A stretch of 63,685 bases of DNA, the filler included, from Octopus bimaculoides (lineage: Eukaryota): the NCBI RefSeq assembly GCF_001194135.2. It is 6 parts of 6 records of this genome, joined end to end, with 100 filler letters (N's around TTAATTAATTAA, not from the genome) between each part and the next. Parts side by side here need not be neighbours in the genome. Positions count along the whole stretch, not along the records: positions 1 to 20,149 come from NC_068986.1; positions 20,250 to 26,402 come from NC_068984.1; 4 more parts are not named here. One strand, written 5' to 3'. A program made the position numbers and the translations under genes. Below are positions 12,476-24,616 of the stretch, piece after piece. The notes under the pieces are model-generated. The model saw only the letters and a program-made list of their open reading frames with translations, had not been told where the DNA came from and ran no database searches. Every line of letters begins with the position of its first letter. Positions within the stretch are counted from its first letter, which is position 1.

Positions 12476-12665
12476 TATTTCAGTCATTCAACTGCGGCCA
12501 TATTTAGGCACAACGCCGAGCGGGTATAGTCTAACAGTAGATCCTAGTAGATCGCAGCACTTATTTTTTTAAGTAACATACTTACTATATCGATCTCTCA
12601 ATGACCGCACCGCTACGCTACGGGATGTAAACAATCACATGTTGTTAAACGATGGTGGTAAACAA
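12476..12665 (-). mobile_element. SINE family A 3' module, diverged
   Basis: TTTCAGTCATTCAACTGCGGCCAT...ATCGATCTCT...ACGGGATGTAAAC, homologous to 616-815. Confidence 0.6.
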
Positions 12666-12816
12666 AACATACACAACCACGGACACATGCGCATATAAAT
12701 ACATATCTATATATGTGCATGTGTGTATATATATACAAATATATATATGTGTGTGAGTGTGTGTCTGTATCTATATACACGTATGTGTGTATATATCTAC
12801 TTATATATATGTATGC

Positions 12817-12858
<42 letters not shown>

Positions 12859-13188
12859 AGGGTGTGAGAGGTATTAGTGTCAAAAGACCCAACGCGTCAG
12901 GTAATTTTGAGTAAGTGCTATGGACAGAGTATAGTTAAGCCCCAGGTTCGATAATGATACGAATGAGGAGTCCAACGTAAGTAGTGTATTAGCATGTANN
13001 NNNNNNNNNNNNNNNNNNNNNNNNNNNNNNNNNNNNNNNNNNNNNNNNNNNNNNNNNNNNNNNNNNNNNNNNNNNNNNNNNNNNNNNNNNNNNNNNNNNN
13101 NNNNNNNNNNNNNNNNNNNNNNNNNNNNNNNNNNNNNNNNNNNNNNNNNNNNNNNNNNNNNNNNNNNNAGAACATATATAAAAAAAAT

Positions 13189-13236
13189 GTCTTACAGCTG
13201 TTTCCGGGATAATTTACATATCCCTTCATCAGAGAC
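13189..13236 (-). ncRNA. Minimal type-I hammerhead ribozyme motif (Penelope-associated type)
   Basis: Minus strand reads GTCT-CTGATGA-A-GGGATA(TGTAAAT)TATCCC-G-GAAAC-AGCT-GTA-AGAC. Stem I is GTCT/AGAC, the CUGAUGA and GAAA cores are present, stem II is 6 bp, stem III has a palindromic loop (ACAGCTGT), and the cleavage triplet is GUA. Positions 10.1/11.1 are an atypical A.G. Confidence 0.75.
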
Positions 13237-13470
13237 GGTGCGATCAAATAACGCGATTTAAAAGACTCTATGCTTGGCAAGACCAATTATAAACACCATT
13301 GGAACTCGCACAGAATGTACAGGCAGCTTATATATACACCATGATGTTTAGTTAATGGAACTGCAGAAAAAATATCCTTACGTATCTCACGTCTGTTTTT
13401 TATTCCTCCACTTCACTCTGTATTTCATATCTTCTCTCTAATAACTATCACTTAAACATATTCTCGCACC

Positions 13471-13518
13471 GTCTCTGATGAAGGGATATATAAAATATCC
13501 CGGAAACATCTGTAAGAC
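13471..13518 (+). ncRNA. Minimal type-I hammerhead ribozyme motif (second, inverted copy)
   Basis: Plus strand reads GTCT-CTGATGA-A-GGGATAT(ATAAA)ATATCCC-G-GAAAC-ATCT-GTA-AGAC; 45/48 identical to the minus-strand copy. Confidence 0.7.
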
Positions 13519-13772
13519 TTTCTCCTTATAAGATATCGTTCGGTCGGCATCTTTCGGACAATTATGGTTCCTGCTTTCATTAAAGTGCGTTAACTACAGC
13601 ATTAGAGCATTTTAGCTCCTATTTCTAGCAATGTAATTTATTTTTGACATCCTAGTCACATATAATGATAAATATATATATATGTGTGTACTGATCCGTG
13701 ATAGAAAATTCACCAAAAAGTTTACTCCATCCGGTGAAAGATAAATATAGTCATTTAAATGTCACAATACAT

Positions 13773-14573
13773 GTACATGTATGAAAGCGCTCAAACATAT
13801 TCTTCAGGCGCAAACCACATACCATAACGAACTAACAAAATTGCATAAATAGACAAAACACGATGAAGCTGAGAAGGCAGCAGATAGAAAAAGCAGACAG
13901 AAGACAATGGAAAATGAAACTAAAGTGTCAAAAGGTAAAAAAAAAAAAAAGTGCTATCCTCCTTAGGCCTGAAATGATATGGCTGGAAAGATATCAAGTC
14001 AGTCAGGAATAGGCAGGATTTTCCAATTGATCAGAATATATTTATACATATGCATGCAACCACTGAAAATTTCTGACCTGAATTTCAATAGAGAGTTAAG
14101 GATCTTATGGAAAGTAATTGAGAAATCCATACCTTAAGAGAATGGATCGAATAAACGTAGACTTTGTTTGGCTGAAAGAGCGCAGATCCTGCTCAGATCT
14201 AAGATCCTTAACTCTCTATTGAACTGCAGGTCTGAAATTTTCAGTGGTTGAAGGCATATGTATAAATATACTCTGAAGAATGGGAAAATTCCACCTATTC
14301 CTGACTCAGTTGATGTCTTTCCAAATTTATCATTTAAGGCTTAAGAAGTATAGCACATTTTACCTTTTGATACTTTAGTTTCGTTTTCCGTTTTTTTTTT
14401 TTGTTTCCCATTGTTTACTGCCTGCGTTTTCTATATGCTACCATCTCAGCTTCCTCGTGTTTCTTCTATGTATTCAATTATTTTAGTTCGTTATGATATG
14501 CGGTTTGCGCCTAAAGAATATGTTTGAGTTCTCTCAACATATGAAACATTTAGTACCGCTTTAATACATGTAC
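13773..14573. repeat. Long imperfect inverted repeat / foldback element (arms ~13773-14107 and ~14200-14573, 92-nt spacer)
   Basis: The arms align end to end in reverse complement, e.g. CTCAAACATATTCTT.AGGCGCAAACC, GTCAGGAATAGG, TATATTTATACATATGC..CAACCACTGAAAATTTC.GACCTG, TTCAATAGAGAGTTAAGGATCTTA. Confidence 0.9.
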
Positions 14574-14585
14574 TATAACCTTCAG

Positions 14586-14587
<2 letters not shown>

Positions 14588-14656
<69 letters not shown>

Positions 14657-14657
14657 T
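14588..14657. repeat. (TAA)n microsatellite
   Basis: Directly visible. Confidence 0.95.
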
Positions 14658-14727
14658 TATATATATACAGAGAGAAGGAGAGAGGGGAATAGATAGATAG
14701 ATGTAAACATATATATGTAAACATACA

Positions 14728-14777
<50 letters not shown>

Positions 14778-15123
14778 TTTATTTTCACGTGTTCTAGGAT
14801 AGCACGCTCTGAACACTTACAAAGACGCGCATTTCGTACTCTGTCTCTCTGTCTGTTCCATTTTTTGCGTTATCATTCTTTTTTATTTTCTTCTTTCCTT
14901 TGGTCTCTAGTTCTTCCTTTCCTTCCATCTTTCATTCTTTCTTTGTATTATTGTATTCTCCTCTCTTCCAATTTGTTTTCTCCCTATCTGGAGACATCAT
15001 ATATAGCTACATACACACATACACACGCGTGCGCTGGCACACTGGTTTCTACCTGTCTGGTTGTCTATCTATCTATCTATTTATCTATCTATCTAAAATA
15101 AACAAGCAAACAAGTTCGAGAGT

Positions 15124-15163
<40 letters not shown>

Positions 15164-15164
15164 G

Positions 15165-15198
<34 letters not shown>

Positions 15199-16040
15199 TA
15201 CACACACACACGTCTTACATCAATAATGGTCTGTCTCTCTGCACTTTTTACGTCTTTATCTATTACTCCCTTTCCATTTCTCCATCGTGGCCATTCCACA
15301 GTTCAATCGCCAACAATTGTTTAATGATTAACTAAAATTCCTTGCCACCGCTCGAACAACAGAGATTCCAATATACCAATATATGTTAAGCCAGCACTAT
15401 AGATGACCAATCACTCAAGAAATGGTTCTTTAGATTCTTCAGAAAATAATTGCTTACAACCTCACCGCAGAAGGAACATATCTTTTTTTTATTCATGTCA
15501 TTTCTACAAAAGTTTTCGGGAAATGTTCGCTGTAAATCCTATTAAATTCCTTGGTTTTATGCTGCTGGATTCAATATCTACTTCAAGTCCTCTTCAAACT
15601 AAATCTTCTCTTCTTTAAAATGATTTCTGTTTCGTAAACGTACGTCAGCCAGTATGTCTTACACTACGGATAAATGTATGAGTGTCTGAATAAATGTGTG
15701 TGTGTGTGTGTGTGTGTGTGTTTGTAAATTATCTAGTAAATACACACAAATTGATATACACACATGGACATATATCTCTCTGTGTGTGTGTGACTATATA
15801 TATATATGTATGAATATATATGAATATATACATGTATATACATAGGCACATACATGCACAAACACTTATGCATACACACATTTTATATATATGTGCTTAT
15901 ATAATTGAATGTAAATANNNNNNNNNNNNNNNNNNNNNNNNNNNNNNNNNNNNNNNNNNNNNNNNNNNNNNNNNNNNNNNNNNNNNNNNNNNNNNNNNNN
16001 NNNNNNNNNNNNATATATATATATATATGTACATATACAC

Positions 16041-16185
16041 ATATATATATTCTTTTATCCTTCTAGTTGTCTCAGTTGTCAACCGATACCGGGGGACAAA
16101 CACAAATACCCATATACGACTGACTTCTTTGAGTTTCCTCTACCAAACCACTCACAAGGATTTGGTCGGCCCGAGACTGTAGTAG
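16041..16185 (-). mobile_element. SINE family A, internally deleted copy
   Basis: GTTGTCAACCGAT..GGGGGACAAACAC joined to ...CCACTCACAAGG.TTTGGTCGGCCCGAG.CT.TAGTAG. Confidence 0.65.
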
Positions 16186-16190
16186 ATGCC

Positions 16191-16492
16191 AAAAGACACT
16201 ATTACCACCTTAAAATCTCCGAGAATAATACACTGGATTGTAGGCGAGAAAAAGAAAGATAATGATTTAAAATGTTTGTTAACCGTGTACAAGATCTCGT
16301 TTCAACCTTAAAGTAAAAAAACAGTTTACTTACTGCTCTCATCAGCAACGATATTTCATAGCATAAATTTACGTGTATCTACAAATATACGTGCGAGCGG
16401 CGTCATCGCGCAACCAATATATGTACACACTCGTAGAATTCACATCTCTCTTTTACAACCACGGAGATTTTAAGGTGGTAACAGTGTCTTTT
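16191..16492. mobile_element. MITE-like element with 31-bp terminal inverted repeats
   Basis: AAAAGACACTATTACCACCTTAAAATCTCCG (16191-16221) versus the reverse complement of 16462-16492: 30/31 identical; non-coding interior. Confidence 0.8.
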
Positions 16493-16740
16493 AGCGACTA
16501 TTTTTCCAACGCGTGGGGAAGCTTATAGCTAATCCCTTGTTATAATTATGTATATAATTATAACATATTTCTAAAATTTATCTATAAGGTTTTTTACTTC
16601 CGAGTAAATCCCTTGGTAAAATTAAAGGTTTTTACCCTTTATTATAATTATATAGATACATATATACATATGCATATGTACGTATGTACATATGCATGTA
16701 TATAAATTTATATAGAAATATCTTCTATCGTTTATTTGTT

Positions 16741-16886
16741 ACCTGTTTCAGTCAATACATTGTGGCCATGCTGGGGCACCGCCTTGACATTTTAGTTGAA
16801 TGCATCGATTTCAGTGCTTATTTTTTCAGCATGGCACTTATTCTGTCGGTCTTATTTGCCGGACCACTAGATTACGGGGACGTAAA
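16741..16886 (-). mobile_element. SINE family A 3' module
   Basis: CTGTTTCAGTC...TGGCCATGCTGGGGCACCGCC...ACTTATTCTGTCGGTC..TTTGCCGGACC.CTAG.TTACGGGGACGTAAA. Confidence 0.75.
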
Positions 16887-17018
16887 TTTGGTGTGGAGAG
16901 GGAGAAAATTAAATTATTGAGAACGTATTTTGTGGGTGAAATCGTAATTTCCTGTATTGCAAATATTGGAATCGGAAGACATTTAGGGAAAAAAATAAGT
17001 GGGGATCGGAAATGTCAC

Positions 17019-17361
17019 CTTGAAACTGGTTAGAAGAAGTGGAGTAAAATTTCTGTAATCATATTGAAAGAACTGCTGAGGCTTTCTACTACGCCATGTT
17101 TCCGAATTTGTTATAACCAGAATAACACTTTTTTTCGTTATATTTGCGAATATTGTGAGCGGTGTTAAATCAACCAAATCTTCATGTTGGTACTACTTCA
17201 AAATGGATGCTGTTGTTCGTTTAAAGTCGAGGCCGCAAGTAAACTTTCAATATCGGCGTTCTTCACTGCTGGGCGGGAGAAAGTTACATACATAAACTGA
17301 GACACACACACACACACATACATTAGCGTACACCTGAAGCCTATCTATGTCCCTGTGTGTG
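17019..17361. repeat. Unclassified interspersed repeat, copy 2 (paralogous to 4491-4888, same orientation)
   Basis: Same collinear blocks as copy 1. Confidence 0.8.
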
Positions 17362-18684
17362 TCGGTCATCAGAAAAATGTATATATACTGACAGACATAT
17401 ACACCGCCACACAGATATACTTGTCAGTCATCGGCCTTACGTAAGTAACGAACGCGCGAAGACAGTCATATAGATGGTGATATAAAATGTTTACAATAGG
17501 TGACTAAAAAAAACTGACAATGTTAAATTTTTCTAATGCAAATATGTGAATCAAATCATAGTTTATTTGGTAGCCAAAAACCTACTGAATGTCTCGATAC
17601 CCCATACGTCAAATTCAGCAACTCGGTTTTGGAATGCATTAGGAACATACGCTCACACACATACACATACACACCCACATATACACATAAAACTCTCTTT
17701 TATATAGATAGGTTATTTATATATATATATATATATATNNNNNNNNNNNNNNNNNNNNNNNNNNNNNNNNNNNNNNNNNNNNNNNNNNNNNNNNNNNNNN
17801 NNNNNNNNNNNNNNNNNNNNNNNNNNNNNNNNNNNNNNNNNNNNNNNNNNNNNNNNNNNNNNNNNNNNNGGTTCGCCTCTCGCAGTTTATTATTTAAGCT
17901 TACGTCGAATCCTCCGTGGTGTTGTCTTGCATTCATAATAAAATAAACATACACAAATTATGAAACTAATAAAAAAGGAAGAATATACAGCTTAGTACTG
18001 TTTCTACTTCGCAGATTTTCACCTATCGCAGCAGTTTTTGGAGCAGAGCACCCACGATAGTCGAAGGATTACTGTAGTTAAAATGTTTTTTTCTTATTAT
18101 ATTTAAAGATTTAACCGGTTTCACAGTTTACACTGATTTTCAAAACGTTGTAATAGAAAGTCGTGGCTCATATGACAGTTGTCTTGCTTCTGACTACTGT
18201 TTGAAGCTTGCCCTATTTTCATATTTTTATAGGGAGTTCATGGGTCAAATTAGTATATGTTTTGAATAGGATTTGATTGGTAGAGGAGAGTCACATGACT
18301 TGTCTTAGAAATGTTTGTACGTTCCCCGCTACGTTCGTTTGTTAGTATCAAATATATATGTATCCTCTTGTGTATGTAATGTGCGTGTGTATGTGTACGT
18401 GTGTGTGTGTATTTGCATATGAAAAGAAGAGGAAGAATGTGATACAGAGAAAGACGGAAAATACTTGGAGACAAATATACAAATAGACGCACAAAATGTA
18501 CACAAATTCATTAGAAATTCCTGAAACGTGTTGCTTATACATGGTACATTTTTAAATTAATGGATTTTTGTGTTTCCAAGGGCAACTGCTTCCGAGACTG
18601 ATCCTATTTCTTGGCCAACCCACTAATATTTCTTTGCATGTCGACGTATCTAGAGCAATCTTTTAGTCTCTCTCTCTCTTTCTT

Positions 18685-18729
<45 letters not shown>

Positions 18730-18734
18730 ATCTA

Positions 18735-18779
<45 letters not shown>

Positions 18780-19218
18780 NNNNNNNNNNNNNNNNNNNNN
18801 NNNNNNNNNNNNNNNNNNNNNNNNNNNNNNNNNNNNNNNNNNNNNNNNNNNNNNNNNNNNNNNNNNNNNNNNNNNNNNNNNNNNNNNNNNNNNNNNNNNN
18901 NNNNNNNNNNNNNNNNNNNNNNNNNNNNNNNNNNNNNNNNNNNNNNNNNNNNNNNNNNNNNNNNNNNNNNNNNNNNNNNNNNNNNNNNNNNNNNNNNNNN
19001 NNNNNNNNNNNNNNNNNNNNNNNNNNNNNNNNNNNNNNNNNNNNNNNNNNNNNNNNNNNNNNNNNNNNNNNNNNNNNNNNNNNNNNNNNNNNNNNNNNNN
19101 NNNNNNNNNNNNNNNNNNNNNNNNNNNNNNNNNNNNNNNNNNNNNNNNNNNNNNNNNNNNNNNNNNNNNNNNNNNNNNNNNNNNNNNNNNGTAATGCTAA
19201 TGCTACTTCGACTTGATG

Positions 19219-19423
<205 letters not shown>

Positions 19424-19527
19424 GTGTATGTGAGTGTACATACAAATACATATTCCGGCGAATCAATTAAGCTATCACTTTTTAATCTATTTATCTCTCT
19501 CTTCCTACTTCCCTCCATTCATCTTTC

Positions 19528-19571
<44 letters not shown>

Positions 19572-19586
19572 TTCCTCTCTCTATCA

Positions 19587-19647
<61 letters not shown>

Positions 19648-19727
19648 GATCTTTCTGCCCCTATGTTTGTCTCTGTTTTCCACTCTTTTTATTTCTTCTT
19701 ACATAAAAATTATTATACTGGTAAACA

Positions 19728-19728
<1 letters not shown>

Positions 19729-19790
<62 letters not shown>

Positions 19791-19830
19791 AAGGAGGAGG
19801 AGGAGGAGGAGGAGGAGGGGGAGGAGGAAT
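19729..19830. repeat. (AGT)n followed by (AGG)n microsatellite
   Basis: Directly visible. Confidence 0.95.
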
Positions 19831-20193
19831 AGCAGGGGTAGCAGCCGCACTGTTTTGTTGAAACAGCAGCTGGTTTTTAAATAGGTTTTGTAATGAATAT
19901 TTATGACACATACGTACACATATCCATTATCTATTCACACACGCATGCACACACATACACACACATACACACACAAACTCTGTCTCTCTTTTCCTCTCTC
20001 TCTCTCTCTCTCTCTCTCATACACATACACACAAATATGTGTTTGTTTGTATGTATGTATACATATGTATTGCTGTTTGCATATTTATATATATATATAT
20101 ATATATGTGTATATATACACATATATATACACATATATACATATATATTNNNNNNNNNNNNNNNNNNNNNNNNNNNNNNNNNNNNNNNNNNNN

Positions 20194-20205
20194 TTAATTA
20201 ATTAA
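20194..20205. other. Artificial scaffold-joining spacer TTAATTAATTAA within 44N+12+44N
   Basis: Exactly 100 nt in total; stop codons in all six frames; repeated identically five times in the window. Confidence 0.95.
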
Positions 20206-20249
20206 NNNNNNNNNNNNNNNNNNNNNNNNNNNNNNNNNNNNNNNNNNNN

Positions 20250-20306
<57 letters not shown>

Positions 20307-21561
20307 GTTTGCATGCATATGTGTGTTTTTCCTCATGAGTGTGCTATTACATTTGATCATGATAGGAGTATCAACAGATATGTTTGCGTACGTGTTTCCA
20401 TAGCTAAACACCCCCGCCACACAGACATTTATTTTTTATATATGCAAACAGAAACACGGACATATCCATATGTTATGTTGTTTGATCTAAATATAAATAT
20501 ACCAGTGTCGTTCCTCCGAAGCTATTGTCACGCTCCAGTAAGTAAACAAGCAATTGGTGTCTGATCACCAATTCCTGTCTAACGATATTTCTAATGGCGC
20601 AAGTTGATGCGATTAATCGTTGATATATATCTCGACAGAATCGTACATACCTGTATGGTTTTAGCGCTTATATTCCAACACAAATACATATATACATATA
20701 TCTGTCTATTTAAATGTGTGTCTATCTTTCTAATGGTTGGTGTATCTTATACGCACACACACACAGTCTTACATACACACACGCACTTACACATACACAC
20801 ACATATATACATATACATATAGAGACGGATATAGATATAAACTAAGGTACGTTAATATATGTAAAACTAATATATGTATAATTATATATGTTAGCGTCCG
20901 ATATAATATATAGATATCTATCTGACTATACTTATATATATATATGTAAATGTGTACGTGTGTGCGCATGTGTATGTGTATGCATATTTAAATATAAATA
21001 TATCTACGTAAGTTTAGATATCTTTATATAGATATGAGTACATTCACGCATTCACGTACCTAAATACACGCATACATATATGTGTCTATATATAAATATA
21101 TACAGTCCACTCGCCAGTTTCGGGAAGCTCTTCTCTTTGGGCGGAATCTGAGGACGCCTTAACCACATTGAACCTAGACAATCTTATACTAATGTTCCAC
21201 TTGGAAAGAAATTAGCGCTCTCCTTGCTAATTCTTGTTAATCTCATACTGGTTTATGACTTTATCCATAATAATGGTTTTCTTGAGAAATTGGTGAAATC
21301 GACGAGTTGCAATGCTCTTGTCGAATTGAATAAATGTGGTACTATATAGGAAAGAGTATGATAACCCCAAGATTCAATATATACCACTTGCTCACTATGC
21401 CCGTTTCTCTATTGTGGGCTTTCGCATCCTCTGTAATTGGGGTTCATAGTATAACTGTGTGCAGATCCACAACAGTCCTTCAGGGAAAAAATTGCGTTAA
21501 TGAATGAGTCTATTCATTTTGAAAAGAATAGCATTAAATATGAATGTAATGGGTCCCAGTA

Positions 21562-21822
21562 GATAACAATAATCTCTTTAAATGTTCAAACTGCGACCGA
21601 GGTTTTGTATGTAATGCTGGGGTGGGTCAGTACATGCACTGAGGTTTAAGAATCAAACTTGGCCACATGAAAGAGTCAATGTCTGGATGTCATACAATGA
21701 CTGCTGGCTTTACAGTAAAGACCAAGGTTGATTCTTAAACCTCAGCGCATTTACTGACCCACCCCAGCATTAGATGCAAAACCTCGGTCACAGTTTGAAC
21801 ATTTAAAGAGATTATTGTTATC
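21562..21822. repeat. 101-bp inverted repeat (95/101 identical, 59-nt spacer); each arm encodes a decayed C2H2 zinc finger
   Basis: Arms at 21562-21662 (+) and 21722-21822 (-) translate as LFKCSNCDRGFVCNAGVGQYMH and LFKCSNCDRGFASNAGVGQ*MR. Confidence 0.85.
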
Positions 21823-22460
21823 ACCTTTACCTCTGTAGCAGTTGACTATGGTGCTGCTACACAAGTCATTGGGTATGACTCCTTCATGAACTACCTGATT
21901 TACGATGCAGGTGGTAGGACCATAAACCACGCCGCCCGATATTTTAAACCTCTCAACGGTGATTCCTGATGGGTCGGGTGCTTTCCCTGTCTTCATATTC
22001 TTAATTACTTTATCTACCAGGTTATTGTCGATTTGGGTAGCTGGTCCCTCAGTTGGATCAACCTTTGGCAGACTCTCCTCCTCCTATTCATTCTCCACAT
22101 TCAGCAGTCTTTCAAAATGGCATATCCAGCCTCTTTCTTTGCAGAATCATTAAACGCAAGGGCACCATCATCCATGCAGACACAATTCTCTACTATGACA
22201 TCACGGTTTTCTCTCACACTTGCCATCCGAAATACTTCAGTTCTTTGGTCCTCACGTCGCTGAACATTGGCAAGCTTCTTTTCTGCTACTCCCTTGACTA
22301 TATATACCTGTCTCCTAGCTTCCCTTTTGGCTATCTGATACATTCTCCTGCTACCCCGACTCTTCCAGGCTTTCCAAGCCTGTTTCTTTGCTCTAATAGC
22401 CGTATCTACAGTATTGTTCCACGAACATGTCACCCTAGGTCTGGATGGGACTTTGTACAT
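21823..22460 (-). mobile_element. RTE-clade LINE ORF2 fragment (linker to RT N-terminus), decayed
   Basis: WNNTVDTAIRAKKQAWKAWK...VEGPATQIDNNLVDKVIKNMKTGKAPDPSGITVERFKISGG...EGVIPNDLCSSTIVNCYRGKGD (K.GKAPGP and IP.DW..S.IV..YKGKGD motifs). Confidence 0.85.
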
Positions 22461-22470
22461 ATTTGGTCTT

Positions 22471-22612
22471 TCAGATTCCGTTTACCAAATCCACTCACAA
22501 GGCTTTGGTCGTCCCGAGGCTATAGTAGAAGACACTTGCCCAAGGTGCTACGGAGTGGGACTGAACCCGGAACCATGTGGTTGTTAGGCAAGCTACTTAC
22601 CACACAGCCACA
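22471..22612 (-). mobile_element. SINE family A head with Pol III A/B boxes
   Basis: Reverse complement GTGGCTGTGTGGTAAG...CCGGGTTCAGTCCCACT..GCACCTTGGGCAAGTGTCTTCTACTATAGCCTCGGG. Confidence 0.85.
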
Positions 22613-22980
22613 TATACATATATATNNNNNNNNNNNNNNNNNNNNNNNNNNNNNNNNNNNNNNNNNNNNNNNNNNNNNNNNNNNNNNNNNNNNNNNNNNN
22701 NNNNNNNNNNNNNNNNNNNNNNNNNNNNNNNNNNNNNNNNNNNNNNNNNNNNNNNNNNNNNNNNNNNNNNNNNNNNNNNNNNNNNNNNNNNNNNNNNNNN
22801 NNNNNNNNNNNNNNNNNNNNNNNNNNNNNNNNNNNNNNNNNNNNNNNNNNNNNNNNNNNNNNNNNNNNNNNNNNNNNNNNNNNNNNNNNNNNNNNNNNNN
22901 NNNNNNNNNNNNNNNNNNNNNNNNNNNNNNNNNNNNNNNNNNNNNNNNNNNNNNNNNNNNNNNNNNNNNNNNNNNNNNNN

Positions 22981-23012
<32 letters not shown>

Positions 23013-23473
23013 CAATGGTAAAAATCTTGATTCAGTAGTGCATTTGATTGAACAGAGACTTTTAAGCACACGCCAGCATTGGCGAAAGCTGCCGGTCATC
23101 ATCTGGCTAAAAGAGCGCATGTATGTCAACACATACGCACACACGCACGCACACACAGACACACACACAGACACACACACATACGCACGCACTCACACAC
23201 ATAGACACACACATATACACAAACGCACAGATAGATATATGTATGTGTATATGCGTGTATGCATGTTTCTTCGTGTATTTACACGCACGCATATATGCAA
23301 TATAAGTGCATGAACACCTCCACATATATCTATATAAATATGTTTACATATGTAGTTATCTATATTTATCTCTGTTCTCTCTCAATATACATACACACAT
23401 ATGCGTTTGTGCATATATGTGTGTGTGTGCATATATATGCATGTGTATATATACATATGTGTACATACATGTG

Positions 23474-23513
<40 letters not shown>

Positions 23514-23961
23514 TATATTCATTTAAAATACAGAGATGCCTGTAATAGGACATCTAACCCGCTAGAAATAGCTGCAAGACTACATACCACAAAAAGTAGG
23601 GATAATTTCGAAAGGGAATGAAAAATAAAAACATTTACCGATCTATATTCTGTACCATGGTTTCAAGTCAATTTTAGTAAGATAAAAATTATATATCTCA
23701 CAAAAGGTCGGACTATCCTCAGCAGAATGACCAGACAACATTCGAGATACGAATCAAAATAGCATGGTTCATATTCGAATATCTAATTTTCCAAATTTAT
23801 CGCGTATTTGCGGTTTACCTATATATATATGTATGTATGTATATGAGTATATATATCTGGGTGTGCGTATGTATATGTATAATATATACATAATATGATA
23901 TAAAATAATATATATATAACATAATATACATATATGTATAGATACACACACACATATACAT

Positions 23962-23992
<31 letters not shown>

Positions 23993-24566
23993 CATACATG
24001 CACACACATACATAAGGAGTTTGTTGTAACCTACTAATCAGAAACATTTACGCCCTCGCATGTAAAAACATATACAGTGGTTATGTACTCTAAAAATATA
24101 TCATTCATAGAGGTATGATTGCATGTATTTCATTATGTAAAGAGCAAANNNNNNNNNNNNNNNNNNNNNNNNNNNNNNNNNNNNNNNNNNNNNNNNNNNN
24201 NNNNNNNNNNNNNNNNNNNNNNNNNNNNNNNNNNNNNNNNNNNNNNNNNNNNNNNNNNNNNNNNNNNNNNNNNNNNNNNNNNNNNNNNNNNNNNNNNNNN
24301 NNNNNNNNNNNNNNNNNNNNNNNNNNNNNNNNNNNNNNNNNNNNNNNNNNNNNNNNNNNNNNNNNNNNNNNNNNNNNNNNNNNNNNNNNNNNNNNNNNNN
24401 NNNNNNNNNNNNNNNNNNNNNNNNNNNNNNNNNNNNNNNNNNNNNNNNNNNNNNNNNNNNNNNNNNNNNNNNNNNNNNNNNNNNNNNNNNNNNNNNNNNN
24501 NNNNNNNNNNNNNNNNNNNNNNNNNNNNNNNNNNNNNNNNNNNNNNNNNNNNNNNNNNNNNNNNNN

Positions 24567-24616
<50 letters not shown>

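Noticed and set aside
20194-20205. Repeated TTAATTAATTAA as a biological motif (homeodomain/PacI sites or CRISPR-like repeat)
   Set aside because: Always centred in exactly 44+44 N; a synthetic linker.
21105-21150. GAGAAGAGCTTCCCGAAACTGGC on minus as a hammerhead/Penelope tail
   Set aside because: The CUGA core is absent and stems cannot be formed convincingly.
22540-22612. tRNA gene
   Set aside because: A/B-box-like motifs belong to SINE heads; no cloverleaf can be formed and the sequence continues into SINE body.
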